IMG/VR virus record: IMGVR_UViG_3300021963_000023
Location: 62,001 to 126,000 of that record
Length of the DNA stretch: 64,000 nt
Strand: one strand, 5' to 3'
Below are positions 8,272 to 17,580 of the stretch, in pieces (positions within the stretch are counted from its first letter, which is position 1; every line of letters begins with the position of its first letter). The position numbers and the translations under genes were made by a program. The notes under the pieces were generated by a model. That model was not told where the DNA came from. It worked only from the letters and a program-made list of their open reading frames with translations, and did no database searches.

Positions 8272-9071
8272 AAAGAGCGGAAACAATAGAGAAACTTATT
8301 AAAGAAGGGTTCTCAGAAAAAACATTAGTTAAATTTAATGATAATCAGTTAAAGAAATTTGCTGATAAAATATTAAAGGAGGCTCAAAATGTTACAACAA
8401 CTAAAACCGTATATAACAGTAAAGACCCAAAAGATATTGCAGCACTAAATGCCGCGTTAAAAAATCCGGATGCATTGAAAAATCAACCAGCGGAAGTTAA
8501 AGAAGGTGAGGATGAAAGGTTTGTTGGTTGCTCATCAATTGGAGTAAAGTCTCCAGGTATGTGTGAAAAAGCCACAAAAAAACCTGTTGTTTCATGTGCT
8601 AAAATGGGTATTAAAACCCCTGGTTATTGTTATGTTGATAATAAAAAACCTGTTAGCAAAATGCAACCTACAGCAGATACTAAACCTTCTATAAATTTAA
8701 AAAGTATTAACGAGTTTGTTAATAATGTTGTTGCTAAGAAATATCACACACTTACAACTAAATCTGAGATTATCGAAATGGTTAAGTTGAAAATGAATAA
8801 GGTGGTATCTGAAGATTTAACTGAAAAAAAATTATCAAAATTACCTGAGTTCTTATCATTCGATTCTATCGTGTCTGCGGGTAAGCCAGAAGAGGCGCCA
8901 GTACAACCGGAAGTAATTCCTGATACACCAACAAGAGAAAAACCAACAAGAGAAGATGATCCTAGAAAAAGACCATTTAGAAATCCAAATGAAGAACCAG
9001 CTGCAGATCCAGATCCAAAAGCAAAAATAAGAAAATTAAATAGACCTAAAATGTCTATGGCCGCAGAATAA
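8268..9071 (+). CDS. hypothetical protein, possible internal head protein
   Basis: 267 aa ORF, several (I/L/V)xE sites, duplicated Cys motif. Confidence 0.6.
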   Translation: MKRAETIEKLIKEGFSEKTLVKFNDNQLKKFADKILKEAQNVTTTKTVYNSKDPKDIAALNAALKNPDALKNQPAEVKEGEDERFVGCSSIGVKSPGMCEKATKKPVVSCAKMGIKTPGYCYVDNKKPVSKMQPTADTKPSINLKSINEFVNNVVAKKYHTLTTKSEIIEMVKLKMNKVVSEDLTEKKLSKLPEFLSFDSIVSAGKPEEAPVQPEVIPDTPTREKPTREDDPRKRPFRNPNEEPAADPDPKAKIRKLNRPKMSMAAE

Positions 9072-9079
9072 TTTTAACT

Positions 9080-10387
9080 ATGAAATTAACAAAAAAAGCG
9101 TTATTATTGAGATTAAGTGAAAACCTTAACGAAATGCCAATGACATTTGATACACCAGATAGTAGACCTAATCCTGATATTGAAAGGGATTTAGCAAACA
9201 GGGATCATACATTTAAAAAAGTTAACTTCCCTAAGGATGTTGAACAACCAAATTCAAATTTTGAAGAATTATTAGCATCTAAACGTTACAAACAAATTGT
9301 TGACAATGTTAGACAAAATTTAGGTATGTCATTGGGTGTGGGTGATGAAACAACTTCCACATTAAAAAACACAATGGGGCAAGCTCAGTATGAGGTATCA
9401 CGTATTGAATCAAGACATTTAAGAGAGTTAGAAGCATTGGCTATTGAGCTAGTGATGAAAGAATTGGGTGTTGAGGAAGGTGATATTGTTTATGAAGCGA
9501 GGATTGAACTACCATCTAATTCGGGGTTTAAGAACTCACCTACAGGTGAAATGGAACCAGAGGAAGTCGAGTTGGAAAAAGAACTCGCCGATGAATTAGA
9601 TGATTTCACACTAGAACGAGCAAAAAGAAGAATGATAAACGCCATGATGCAAGGTGCGTCAACTAAGGGTCACTTTATGTTTCATTATGCATCAGAAAAA
9701 TTACAACAAATAACCGGACAAGCAAATAGATTAATACCATTGTATGGTGCTTTAATGTCAGCAGCAGATGCTATGTTATGGCAAGAAAGTAACAGAGGTT
9801 TAGGTGTTGGTGGAGGTGGCGGAACACCACAAGTTGGAGGTAAAGAAAAAGCCTATCCAAATGAAAACCCACCAAGAGTTGTTGCAACAGCAATTAACTT
9901 TCCAATATTGGTTCATGAATTAATTAAAGGAACATATGAAGTTATTTCAGCTCTACATGGTCAACCAAAAGATAAGGATTTGGCTAGAAGAGTGATGGAT
10001 AAGGAAGATAGTAAAAACAAAGAAATTTGGGATTTTAGATTGGGCCCCGCAATATGGGATATGATTAAAGATTCATTTCCAGAAGAAACGGTCACAGATG
10101 AAGATAAATCTGGTATTCAGTTACTTATGTTTCAAACAATAATATCTAAACCAGCTAAAGAATTTTTAGTTTTCATGCGAGAAGTTCTTTCTAATACCGA
10201 AACAGGTAAAAGATTAATGAATTCATTATATGATATGATTAACGGTGAAATAAATGACTATGATTATAAAGTAGCCATGAATGCTTTTAATGAAGAATTA
10301 GAAACAACGTCAGAGAATACAGATGATGACGATCTCCTAGATTTAGATTTCCTTAGTGATCTGGGGATAGATAAACCAAGAGATTAA
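9080..10387 (+). CDS. hypothetical protein, possible internal head protein
   Basis: 435 aa ORF, N-terminal LSENLNE, acidic tail. Confidence 0.6.
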   Translation: MKLTKKALLLRLSENLNEMPMTFDTPDSRPNPDIERDLANRDHTFKKVNFPKDVEQPNSNFEELLASKRYKQIVDNVRQNLGMSLGVGDETTSTLKNTMGQAQYEVSRIESRHLRELEALAIELVMKELGVEEGDIVYEARIELPSNSGFKNSPTGEMEPEEVELEKELADELDDFTLERAKRRMINAMMQGASTKGHFMFHYASEKLQQITGQANRLIPLYGALMSAADAMLWQESNRGLGVGGGGGTPQVGGKEKAYPNENPPRVVATAINFPILVHELIKGTYEVISALHGQPKDKDLARRVMDKEDSKNKEIWDFRLGPAIWDMIKDSFPEETVTDEDKSGIQLLMFQTIISKPAKEFLVFMREVLSNTETGKRLMNSLYDMINGEINDYDYKVAMNAFNEELETTSENTDDDDLLDLDFLSDLGIDKPRD

Positions 10388-10390
10388 CTT

Positions 10391-10416
10391 AAAGTGGTCA
10401 ATTTGACCACTTTTTT
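10391..10416 (+). terminator. intrinsic terminator
   Basis: AAAGTGGTCA/TGACCACTTT stem followed by Ts. Confidence 0.75.
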
Positions 10417-10429
10417 CATATTTATATAT

Positions 10430-12217
10430 ATGAGTCAAAAAATAGAACAATTAAAAGAGTATGCTCGCATAATAAAAGATACTCCATACGCACTTAAAAC
10501 ATATCTTCAAACCTTTGATAATACACAGAGAAAGTTTGTACCATTAGAGTTGTTTCCGGATCAAATACAATTATTAAAAGATTACGAAACATATAACGAG
10601 AATATCACAAGAAAATATCGTCAAGCTGGTGTTACAACAGTAACGGCCGCATGGTTATCAAAAAAATTACAATTAGCAAAACCAGAAAACCCAGAAAGGG
10701 TTTTGATTATCGCAAACAAGCGTGATACCGCAATTGAGATGGCGAATAAAGTTCGTCACTTTTTAGATCAATGGCCAGAATGGATTAATGTGGGGTTTTC
10801 ACCAGATAAAAATTCAGAAAGTAGATTTAGGTTAAATAACGGATCAGAGGTAAAAGCTGTGGCCACATCTGCGGATGCTCTTCGTGGTTTTACACCAACG
10901 ATATTAGTATTTGATGAGGCCGCGTATATTGAGGCTGGAGATGACTTCTGGGCGGCTTCTATGGCCTCGTTATCAACCGGTGGTAAGATTATATTAATCT
11001 CAACGCCAAATGGCTACGATCCAATTTATTACGGTGTTTATGAACAAGCAATAAGAGGTATTAATGATTTTCATATAACCGATTTAAGATGGTTTAAAGA
11101 TCCTAGATATACTAAAGATTTAGTTTGGATTAAAGTTCCCGATATTGTGCATTACATGTTGAACAGAGAACAATATAATGATGATGAGATTATTTTAAAG
11201 GAATTTGATATAACAAAATACCAAGAATTAATGGATGAGGGTTATCAACCATATTCAAATTGGTTTGAGTCCATGTCCAAAAAATTCAAATATGACAAAA
11301 GAAAAATAGCACAAGAACTTGAATGTGATTTCTTGGGTTCCGGTGATAGCGTTATACCAAATGAAACAATGGAAAAAATCGCTAAAACAATGGTTAAAGT
11401 ACCAAAAGAAAAATATATGCAAGGTTTGCTTTGGCAATGGAATGAACCAGTTCAGGGTCATAGATATATTATGGGAGTTGATGTTAGTAGAGGAGATAGC
11501 GAGGATTTTTCATCAATTAATATTATTGATTTTGATGAAAGGGAGCAAGTTGTTGAATATGTTGGTAAAATGCCACCAGATGATTTAGCATCTGTCGCTT
11601 ATAAATGGGGTGTATTATATGATGCGTTTATTGTAATTGATATAACAGGTGGTATGGGTGTTGCAACATCAAGAAAATTGCAAGAAATGAATTATAAAAA
11701 CTTATTCATTGATGGTATTAATACCAAGAATGTTTGGGAATATAATGCAAAAGCAATGGAAAAAATACCTGGTATTAATTTTAACAATAAAAGAACACAA
11801 ATAGTTTCAGCATTTGAGGAACAATTGAGACATGATTTTATTGTTAGATCACATAGGCTTTTAAATGAACTCAATACCTTTGTTTATATAAATGGTAGAC
11901 CGGATCACATGAAAGGACAACATGACGATTCTATTATGAGTTTAGCAATTGCGTTATATGCTGGAGAGATATCGTTTACACAATTAGTTAGAAATGAACA
12001 GCAAAACAAAGCAATGTTAGATTCTTGGGTTATGTCTGAAAGAACATATCAATCGCCACAAACAGAAACATACTCATATGGTACTAGCTTTGATCAGGTT
12101 GGTATGATGCAGATTGATAGTTCACCATATGCTAAGAGTAATACTAACGGAACGCCAGCAAAAGAACAGTACAATCAATATTCTTGGTTGTTTGGAACAA
12201 ATAAAAAGGCTTTATAA
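10430..12217 (+). CDS. terminase large subunit (T4 gp17-like)
   Basis: RQAGVTT Walker A variant, LVFDEAA Walker B, ISTPNG, QELECDF, nuclease GVDVSRG and HDDSIMSLA; ATG 10430 chosen because it lies after the terminator and promoter motif. Confidence 0.93.
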   Translation: MSQKIEQLKEYARIIKDTPYALKTYLQTFDNTQRKFVPLELFPDQIQLLKDYETYNENITRKYRQAGVTTVTAAWLSKKLQLAKPENPERVLIIANKRDTAIEMANKVRHFLDQWPEWINVGFSPDKNSESRFRLNNGSEVKAVATSADALRGFTPTILVFDEAAYIEAGDDFWAASMASLSTGGKIILISTPNGYDPIYYGVYEQAIRGINDFHITDLRWFKDPRYTKDLVWIKVPDIVHYMLNREQYNDDEIILKEFDITKYQELMDEGYQPYSNWFESMSKKFKYDKRKIAQELECDFLGSGDSVIPNETMEKIAKTMVKVPKEKYMQGLLWQWNEPVQGHRYIMGVDVSRGDSEDFSSINIIDFDEREQVVEYVGKMPPDDLASVAYKWGVLYDAFIVIDITGGMGVATSRKLQEMNYKNLFIDGINTKNVWEYNAKAMEKIPGINFNNKRTQIVSAFEEQLRHDFIVRSHRLLNELNTFVYINGRPDHMKGQHDDSIMSLAIALYAGEISFTQLVRNEQQNKAMLDSWVMSERTYQSPQTETYSYGTSFDQVGMMQIDSSPYAKSNTNGTPAKEQYNQYSWLFGTNKKAL

Positions 12218-12262
12218 TTCAATAAAAATTGATTAGATTAATTACAATAGTATTTATATAGT

Positions 12263-14065
12263 ATGGCGAATCAAGATTTGACAGTTTTTCAGAAATTAAC
12301 TAAAATATTCGGCTTTCAGAATAAAGGAGAGCAGAGCCCATCTTTTAACTTTTCGAGAGAAGAGTTACTTAAGACCGATGACCCAGTTGAATTTGAAAAA
12401 GCAAGATTACAAGCACAACAATCCCAGTATCTTTTTGATAAGTGGGCTAAATTGGATAATTCATTATATAACCAATCGGTATATTATGAACCAAACAGAT
12501 TAGCAGCTTATTATGATTATGAGTCTATGGAGTTTACTCCAGAGGTATCTGCCGCGTTAGACATTTACGCAGAAGAATCAACAACAGTTTCAGAAAAGGG
12601 ATATATTTTAAATGTGTACTCTGAATCAAAAAGAGTAAAAAATGTTTTAATAGATTTATTTGAAAATAGATTAGATATTAACACTAACCTACAAATGTGG
12701 GCTAGAAACGTATGTAAGTATGGTGACAACTTTGTTTATCTAAAGAGTGATCCAGAAAGAGGTATTGTTGGTTGCCAACAATTACCAAACATTGAAATTG
12801 AAAGAATTGAGGGTGCACAATCAAAAAATCCAACTGCTGGCGATATAAAATCTCCGATTCGCGAATTGCGATTTCAGTGGAAAAACAAGGATATGGAGTT
12901 TCAATCTTGGGAGCTTGCTCACTTTAGATTATTAGGTGATGATAGAAAGTTACCCTACGGTACTTCTATGTTAGATAAGATTAGAAGAATTTGGAAACAA
13001 CTTTTACTTGCTGAAGATGCTATGTTAATTTATAGAACATCAAGGGCACCTGAAAGACGCGTATTTAAAATATTTGTTGGAAACATGGATGATAAAGATA
13101 TCGAACCATATGTACAACGTGTTGCAAATAAATTTAAAAGAGATCAGGTAGTAGATAGTAGAAACGGTCAGGTGGATATGAGATATAACCAAATGGCTGT
13201 TGATCAGGATTATTTTATTCCTGTTCGTGATCCTGCAGCTCCTAGTCCAATTGAAACATTAGCTGGCGCACAAAACTTAGGTGAAATTGCGGATATCGAA
13301 TATATTCAAAAGAAGCTATTGGCAGCACTTCGTATTCCTAAGGCATTCTTAGGTTTTGAAGAGGTTGTTGGTGATGGTAAGAATCTTGCATTAATGGATA
13401 TTCGTTTTGCAAGAACCATTAATAGAATACAAAAGTCTTTAATACAAGAGTTAAATAAAATAGCATTAATTCATTTATATCTTTTAGGTTTAGAAGATGA
13501 ATTAGAGAATTTCACATTAGGTTTAACAAACCCATCTTCACAAGCAGATTTATTAAAGGTCGAGCAATGGAAAGAAAAAGTTACCTTATACAAAGACGCC
13601 ACTTCAGATCAATCTCAAATTGGTATATTACCAGTATCACATACTTGGGCTAAGAAAAACATTCTTGGTATGAGTGATAATGAAGTATTGTTAGATTTAC
13701 AACAACAACGTCTTGAAAGAGCTATGGGTACCGAATTACAAAACACAGCACAAATTATCAGAAGATCTGGTGTATTTGACGAAGTGGATAATAAATATGG
13801 TATACCTGAAGAGGAAAGAGCTAAGATAGAAGCACAGGCACCAGAAGGTGGTGAAGAGGGTGCATTAGGTGGTATGTCATCACCTACCCCAGCGGCCGCG
13901 CCATCTGGAGAACCATCAGAACCATTAAGTGAAAGAAAGAAATTTAGTAAGATTAGAAGTGTTTTAGGAGAATCTCAAGAAAATGATGATTTGTTTAATC
14001 TTGAAAAGGCACAGAAGAATATTTATGAAATAGAGAATAAATTGAACGACATTTTAAACGATTAA
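12263..14065 (+). CDS. portal protein (T4 gp20-like)
   Basis: EDAMLIYRTSRAPERRVF, DYFIPVR, IETLAGAQNLGEIADIEY. Confidence 0.95.
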   Translation: MANQDLTVFQKLTKIFGFQNKGEQSPSFNFSREELLKTDDPVEFEKARLQAQQSQYLFDKWAKLDNSLYNQSVYYEPNRLAAYYDYESMEFTPEVSAALDIYAEESTTVSEKGYILNVYSESKRVKNVLIDLFENRLDINTNLQMWARNVCKYGDNFVYLKSDPERGIVGCQQLPNIEIERIEGAQSKNPTAGDIKSPIRELRFQWKNKDMEFQSWELAHFRLLGDDRKLPYGTSMLDKIRRIWKQLLLAEDAMLIYRTSRAPERRVFKIFVGNMDDKDIEPYVQRVANKFKRDQVVDSRNGQVDMRYNQMAVDQDYFIPVRDPAAPSPIETLAGAQNLGEIADIEYIQKKLLAALRIPKAFLGFEEVVGDGKNLALMDIRFARTINRIQKSLIQELNKIALIHLYLLGLEDELENFTLGLTNPSSQADLLKVEQWKEKVTLYKDATSDQSQIGILPVSHTWAKKNILGMSDNEVLLDLQQQRLERAMGTELQNTAQIIRRSGVFDEVDNKYGIPEEERAKIEAQAPEGGEEGALGGMSSPTPAAAPSGEPSEPLSERKKFSKIRSVLGESQENDDLFNLEKAQKNIYEIENKLNDILND

Positions 14066-14067
14066 AA

Positions 14068-14817
14068 ATGAACAAATTCGGAACGATTAAAACCAAAATG
14101 TTAACTAAAATAACTGAATCTTATTCTAAACAAAATAAGAATGAAGTAAAAGATATGTTAAACACAATTAAAGAAAACAAAGCATTTAAAGAAATGTATT
14201 TGTTTTATGAAGAAATTGAGAATAAATATTTTGACAATAAAGAGATCGCGATACTATATGTTGAGGGATTAAATACATATTTTGGTCAACCAATGGGTAA
14301 TTGGAATGATTTAAATGTCTTTTGCGAATCACTACATAAAAAATTGGGGGATATTAAAATTGAAACTAACGAACTATATGAATCTTTAGATATATTATCT
14401 GAAAAAGATTCATTATCAAATATTGAAAAAAAGGTTATTGCAAAAAAGAAACTAGTTGAACATTTAACAACAAAAAAGTCAGTAAAAACCATTGTTGAGG
14501 ATAGTACATATACAGCAAATGAAAATTTGTTGCATGCGGTATTAGTAAACAATTTTAACACATTATATGAGAATACATTATCTCAAGAAGATAAAGAAGC
14601 TCTTAAAAACATATTAGTATTAAATGGTGAGGAGTTGGTAACAAAAACATCTGAACTAAAAGAAGCTATCCTTACTAAGGTTCAAAATATACTATCAGAA
14701 TCTAAGGATACTGATTTAGGTGTAAAACTTGAATCAGTTAGAACTGAGGTTACCACAATGGAACCATCAAAATATAACTACTACAGATTAACACAATTAA
14801 AAAATGGTCTTGATTAA
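14068..14817 (+). CDS. hypothetical protein in head module
   Basis: 249 aa helical ORF directly after portal. Confidence 0.65.
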   Translation: MNKFGTIKTKMLTKITESYSKQNKNEVKDMLNTIKENKAFKEMYLFYEEIENKYFDNKEIAILYVEGLNTYFGQPMGNWNDLNVFCESLHKKLGDIKIETNELYESLDILSEKDSLSNIEKKVIAKKKLVEHLTTKKSVKTIVEDSTYTANENLLHAVLVNNFNTLYENTLSQEDKEALKNILVLNGEELVTKTSELKEAILTKVQNILSESKDTDLGVKLESVRTEVTTMEPSKYNYYRLTQLKNGLD

Positions 14818-15005
14818 TTCAGACCATTTTTTAACTTTTCCACATAAACGGCTTTTAATACTTCGGCTCTTCTTTTAACTGAAGGCTTAACAAACTTTTC
14901 TCTTTCCCTTAGTTTTTGGATTTGTTTAGTTTTTTGTACTTTACTTTTGTAACTTTTAAGAGCAGATTCAATGCTCTTTTCTTTTTTCATGTCAATTATA
15001 ATCAT
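14814..15005 (-). CDS. rpsU: ribosomal protein bS21 (phage-encoded)
   Basis: SIESALKSYKSK...LRERE.FVKPSVKRR...KAVY is the bS21 signature with a Bacteroidetes-type C-terminus. Confidence 0.92.
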   Translation of the reverse strand: MIIIDMKKEKSIESALKSYKSKVQKTKQIQKLREREKFVKPSVKRRAEVLKAVYVEKLKNGLN

Positions 15006-15104
15006 AATTTATAAATATTTTTATTTAAATTTTTGGAATATTAAGAAATTTTTCTTATTTTTTACTATATCACCATAATATAAGTAAAATTATGAAAAAA
15101 ATTA

Positions 15105-15533
15105 ATGAAAATTGGAAAATTTATTCCATTAGAAGACCACAAGGATGTAAAAGTTGGTTATGGAACAGTAGATTTTAAAAATCTAAAGACCATTTATGTA
15201 AAAATGAATGCCTGGGTAGAACCAGATAATGAAAACGAAAATTTTGATAAAACAATCTCTAAAGCAAGAAAGAAGATAAAAGACTTCATTCGAGACTATA
15301 ATTTAGGTGAAAACTTTAAAAAAGAAAGTATTGTAGATTTAGACATTAGAACAAAGGGAATTAAATTAAATAAAAGGTCATTTATGAATCTAGAGATCAC
15401 TTTATTTGTTGATAAATTTTTTGATGTTAAGAGTATTTTAATTAAGAATTTACTAAAAAAATTCACTAGTGAGTCAATAGATCTGTGTTTAGGGGATAAA
15501 ACATTATTCAATTTTAATAAAACTAAGATTTGA
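15105..15533 (+). CDS. hypothetical protein
   Basis: 142 aa ORF divergent from rpsU. Confidence 0.7.
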   Translation: MKIGKFIPLEDHKDVKVGYGTVDFKNLKTIYVKMNAWVEPDNENENFDKTISKARKKIKDFIRDYNLGENFKKESIVDLDIRTKGIKLNKRSFMNLEITLFVDKFFDVKSILIKNLLKKFTSESIDLCLGDKTLFNFNKTKI

Positions 15534-15575
15534 TTTAATTATCCTTGTATTTATATGGTATATTAATATATCATA

Positions 15576-16265
15576 ATGAAAGTATTAGGGCCTAATGAAT
15601 CTGGAAGAGGACTATTGATTGAGTATGACGCAGGTCACATATCTCCAGAAGAGTTAAAAAACAAAAACATAATAACAGAAATACAGAATAAGGATACTGA
15701 TCAAGATCTTATTCTGTATGCTGTTTTACAAAAATATGATACCCCCAATAAGAACGGAAGGATTTATCCTGAATCGTTACTTAAAAGGGAAAATGACAAG
15801 TATCAACAAATAATCAGTAAAGGTTCGGCACTTAACGAACTTAATCATCCATCATCATCACTTATTGATTTAGATAGAGTTTCCCACACAATTACAGAAA
15901 CGTGGTGGGATGGTAGAACCCTAATGGGTAAAATTAAAATATTAACATCTCCAGGTTGGAAAAAAATGGGGATTGTTAGTTGTAAAGGTGATCAAGCAGC
16001 CATGCTACTTATAAATGGCGTTACATTAGGTATTTCTTCAAGAGGCGTTGGTTCATTAAAACAAATAAAAGGACAGAACATTGTACAAGATGATTTTGAA
16101 TTGGTTTGTTTTGATTTGGTATCATCACCATCAACACCAGGAGCTTACGTCTTTCAAGACATGGCTGATAAAGATAAATTCAACGAAACTATTGAAGAAA
16201 AGCCAACAATGGATAACAGATTAAAAAAATTAATGGGTAACCTAGACACTTTTCTTAAGAGATAA
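15576..16265 (+). CDS. prohead core protease (T4 gp21-like)
   Basis: NKNGRIYP, ELNHP, LGISSRGVGSL, FDLVSSPSTPGAY. Confidence 0.93.
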   Translation: MKVLGPNESGRGLLIEYDAGHISPEELKNKNIITEIQNKDTDQDLILYAVLQKYDTPNKNGRIYPESLLKRENDKYQQIISKGSALNELNHPSSSLIDLDRVSHTITETWWDGRTLMGKIKILTSPGWKKMGIVSCKGDQAAMLLINGVTLGISSRGVGSLKQIKGQNIVQDDFELVCFDLVSSPSTPGAYVFQDMADKDKFNETIEEKPTMDNRLKKLMGNLDTFLKR

Positions 16266-16357
16266 ACAATAAAACATTAAAAAATCATCTATTTTGATAT
16301 TAAAAAAGAGATTTTTTTAATTACGTACATATTTATATAGTAAATCAAACAAAAATA

Positions 16358-17554
16358 ATGAGCGAAAAATCGATTTTAGAACAAGCACTACTTCAAGTTA
16401 ATACACTTGAAGAAGCAGTAAAGCAAAATGCAAAAGGTATACTTTCTTCAGTAATGAAGCAAGAACTAAACGAATTGCTTAAAGAATCAGAAGAAGAGGA
16501 AGAAGCAGCAGATGCTGTTGATCCTGAAACAGAGGAAAACGACATGTCAGAGCAGCCAGCAGATGATGAAGATGCAGCTGATGATGAAGATGAAATCCCC
16601 TCGATAAATGATGAACCATCAAAAGATATCGATGGTGAAGACGAAGAAGAAGAAGACGATGAGTTTTCTACTGACGACGAATCACCTGAAATGGAAGACG
16701 ATGAGTTTCCATCTATGGATGATATGGCATCAGATGATGACGATACATTAGACATGACAGGAGCCGCAGATGATGAGGTTCTAAAGGTGTTTAAAGCAAT
16801 GTCAGATGAAGATGGTATTATCGTTAAAAAAGATGGTAACAACATTGAACTTACAGATGCTGATGATGAGTACATTATTAAGTTAGCAGAATCAGAAGAA
16901 GAGGAAGAAGAAGAAATGTCTGAAGACTCTTATCAAGAAGGCGCTAAAGATGATGTTGCAGACGAAGAAACTATCTATGAGATTGAGTTAGACGACGAAG
17001 ACGAAGAAGAAATGTCTGAAGAAGATGTTCCTGCTGAAGAGGAAGTTGGCGAAGCTGCTCATACTAAGTGGAACGTACATGGTGGTAAAAGAGCTGGATT
17101 AACAAGCAAAAAAGTTTTTGCGGCCGGTGCTAAAAATGAAACAAAAAAAGCATCAAAAGCAATTAACGAAGAAGTTGAAAATCTTAGAAAACAAAATGGC
17201 GAATATAAAAAAGCGTTAATTCTGTTTAAAGATAAATTAAACGAAGTTGCTGTATTCAACGCTAACCTTGCTTATGCAACTAGACTATTTACTGAACATT
17301 CAACAACAAAACAGGAGAAATTGAATATTTTGAAGAAATTTGATTCAATCTCTACTATAAACGAATCTAAAAATCTTTACAATTCTATCAAAGCAGAATT
17401 AGACACTAAAAAACCAGTGACTGAGACTGTAGCAGGTAAAATTGCTAATACAGCATCAACATCTTCTTCTCAAGAAGTTTTATCTGAGTCAAAAGCTTAC
17501 GAAGCCCCTCAGTTTAAGAGAATGAGAGATTTGATGAGTAAATTAAATAAATAA
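16358..17554 (+). CDS. prohead core scaffold protein (gp22-like)
   Basis: Very acidic centre, coiled-coil C-terminus, located between protease and capsid. Confidence 0.75.
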   Translation: MSEKSILEQALLQVNTLEEAVKQNAKGILSSVMKQELNELLKESEEEEEAADAVDPETEENDMSEQPADDEDAADDEDEIPSINDEPSKDIDGEDEEEEDDEFSTDDESPEMEDDEFPSMDDMASDDDDTLDMTGAADDEVLKVFKAMSDEDGIIVKKDGNNIELTDADDEYIIKLAESEEEEEEEMSEDSYQEGAKDDVADEETIYEIELDDEDEEEMSEEDVPAEEEVGEAAHTKWNVHGGKRAGLTSKKVFAAGAKNETKKASKAINEEVENLRKQNGEYKKALILFKDKLNEVAVFNANLAYATRLFTEHSTTKQEKLNILKKFDSISTINESKNLYNSIKAELDTKKPVTETVAGKIANTASTSSSQEVLSESKAYEAPQFKRMRDLMSKLNK

Positions 17555-17580
17555 AAAAAAACTAAAACCAAATATTAAAA

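Noticed and set aside
6841-10387. Small terminase subunit among the genes before the large subunit
   Set aside because: No ORF shows a recognisable gp16-like pattern; left as hypothetical
16490-17050. GAA/GAT-rich low-complexity DNA
   Set aside because: Explained by the acidic scaffold protein sequence
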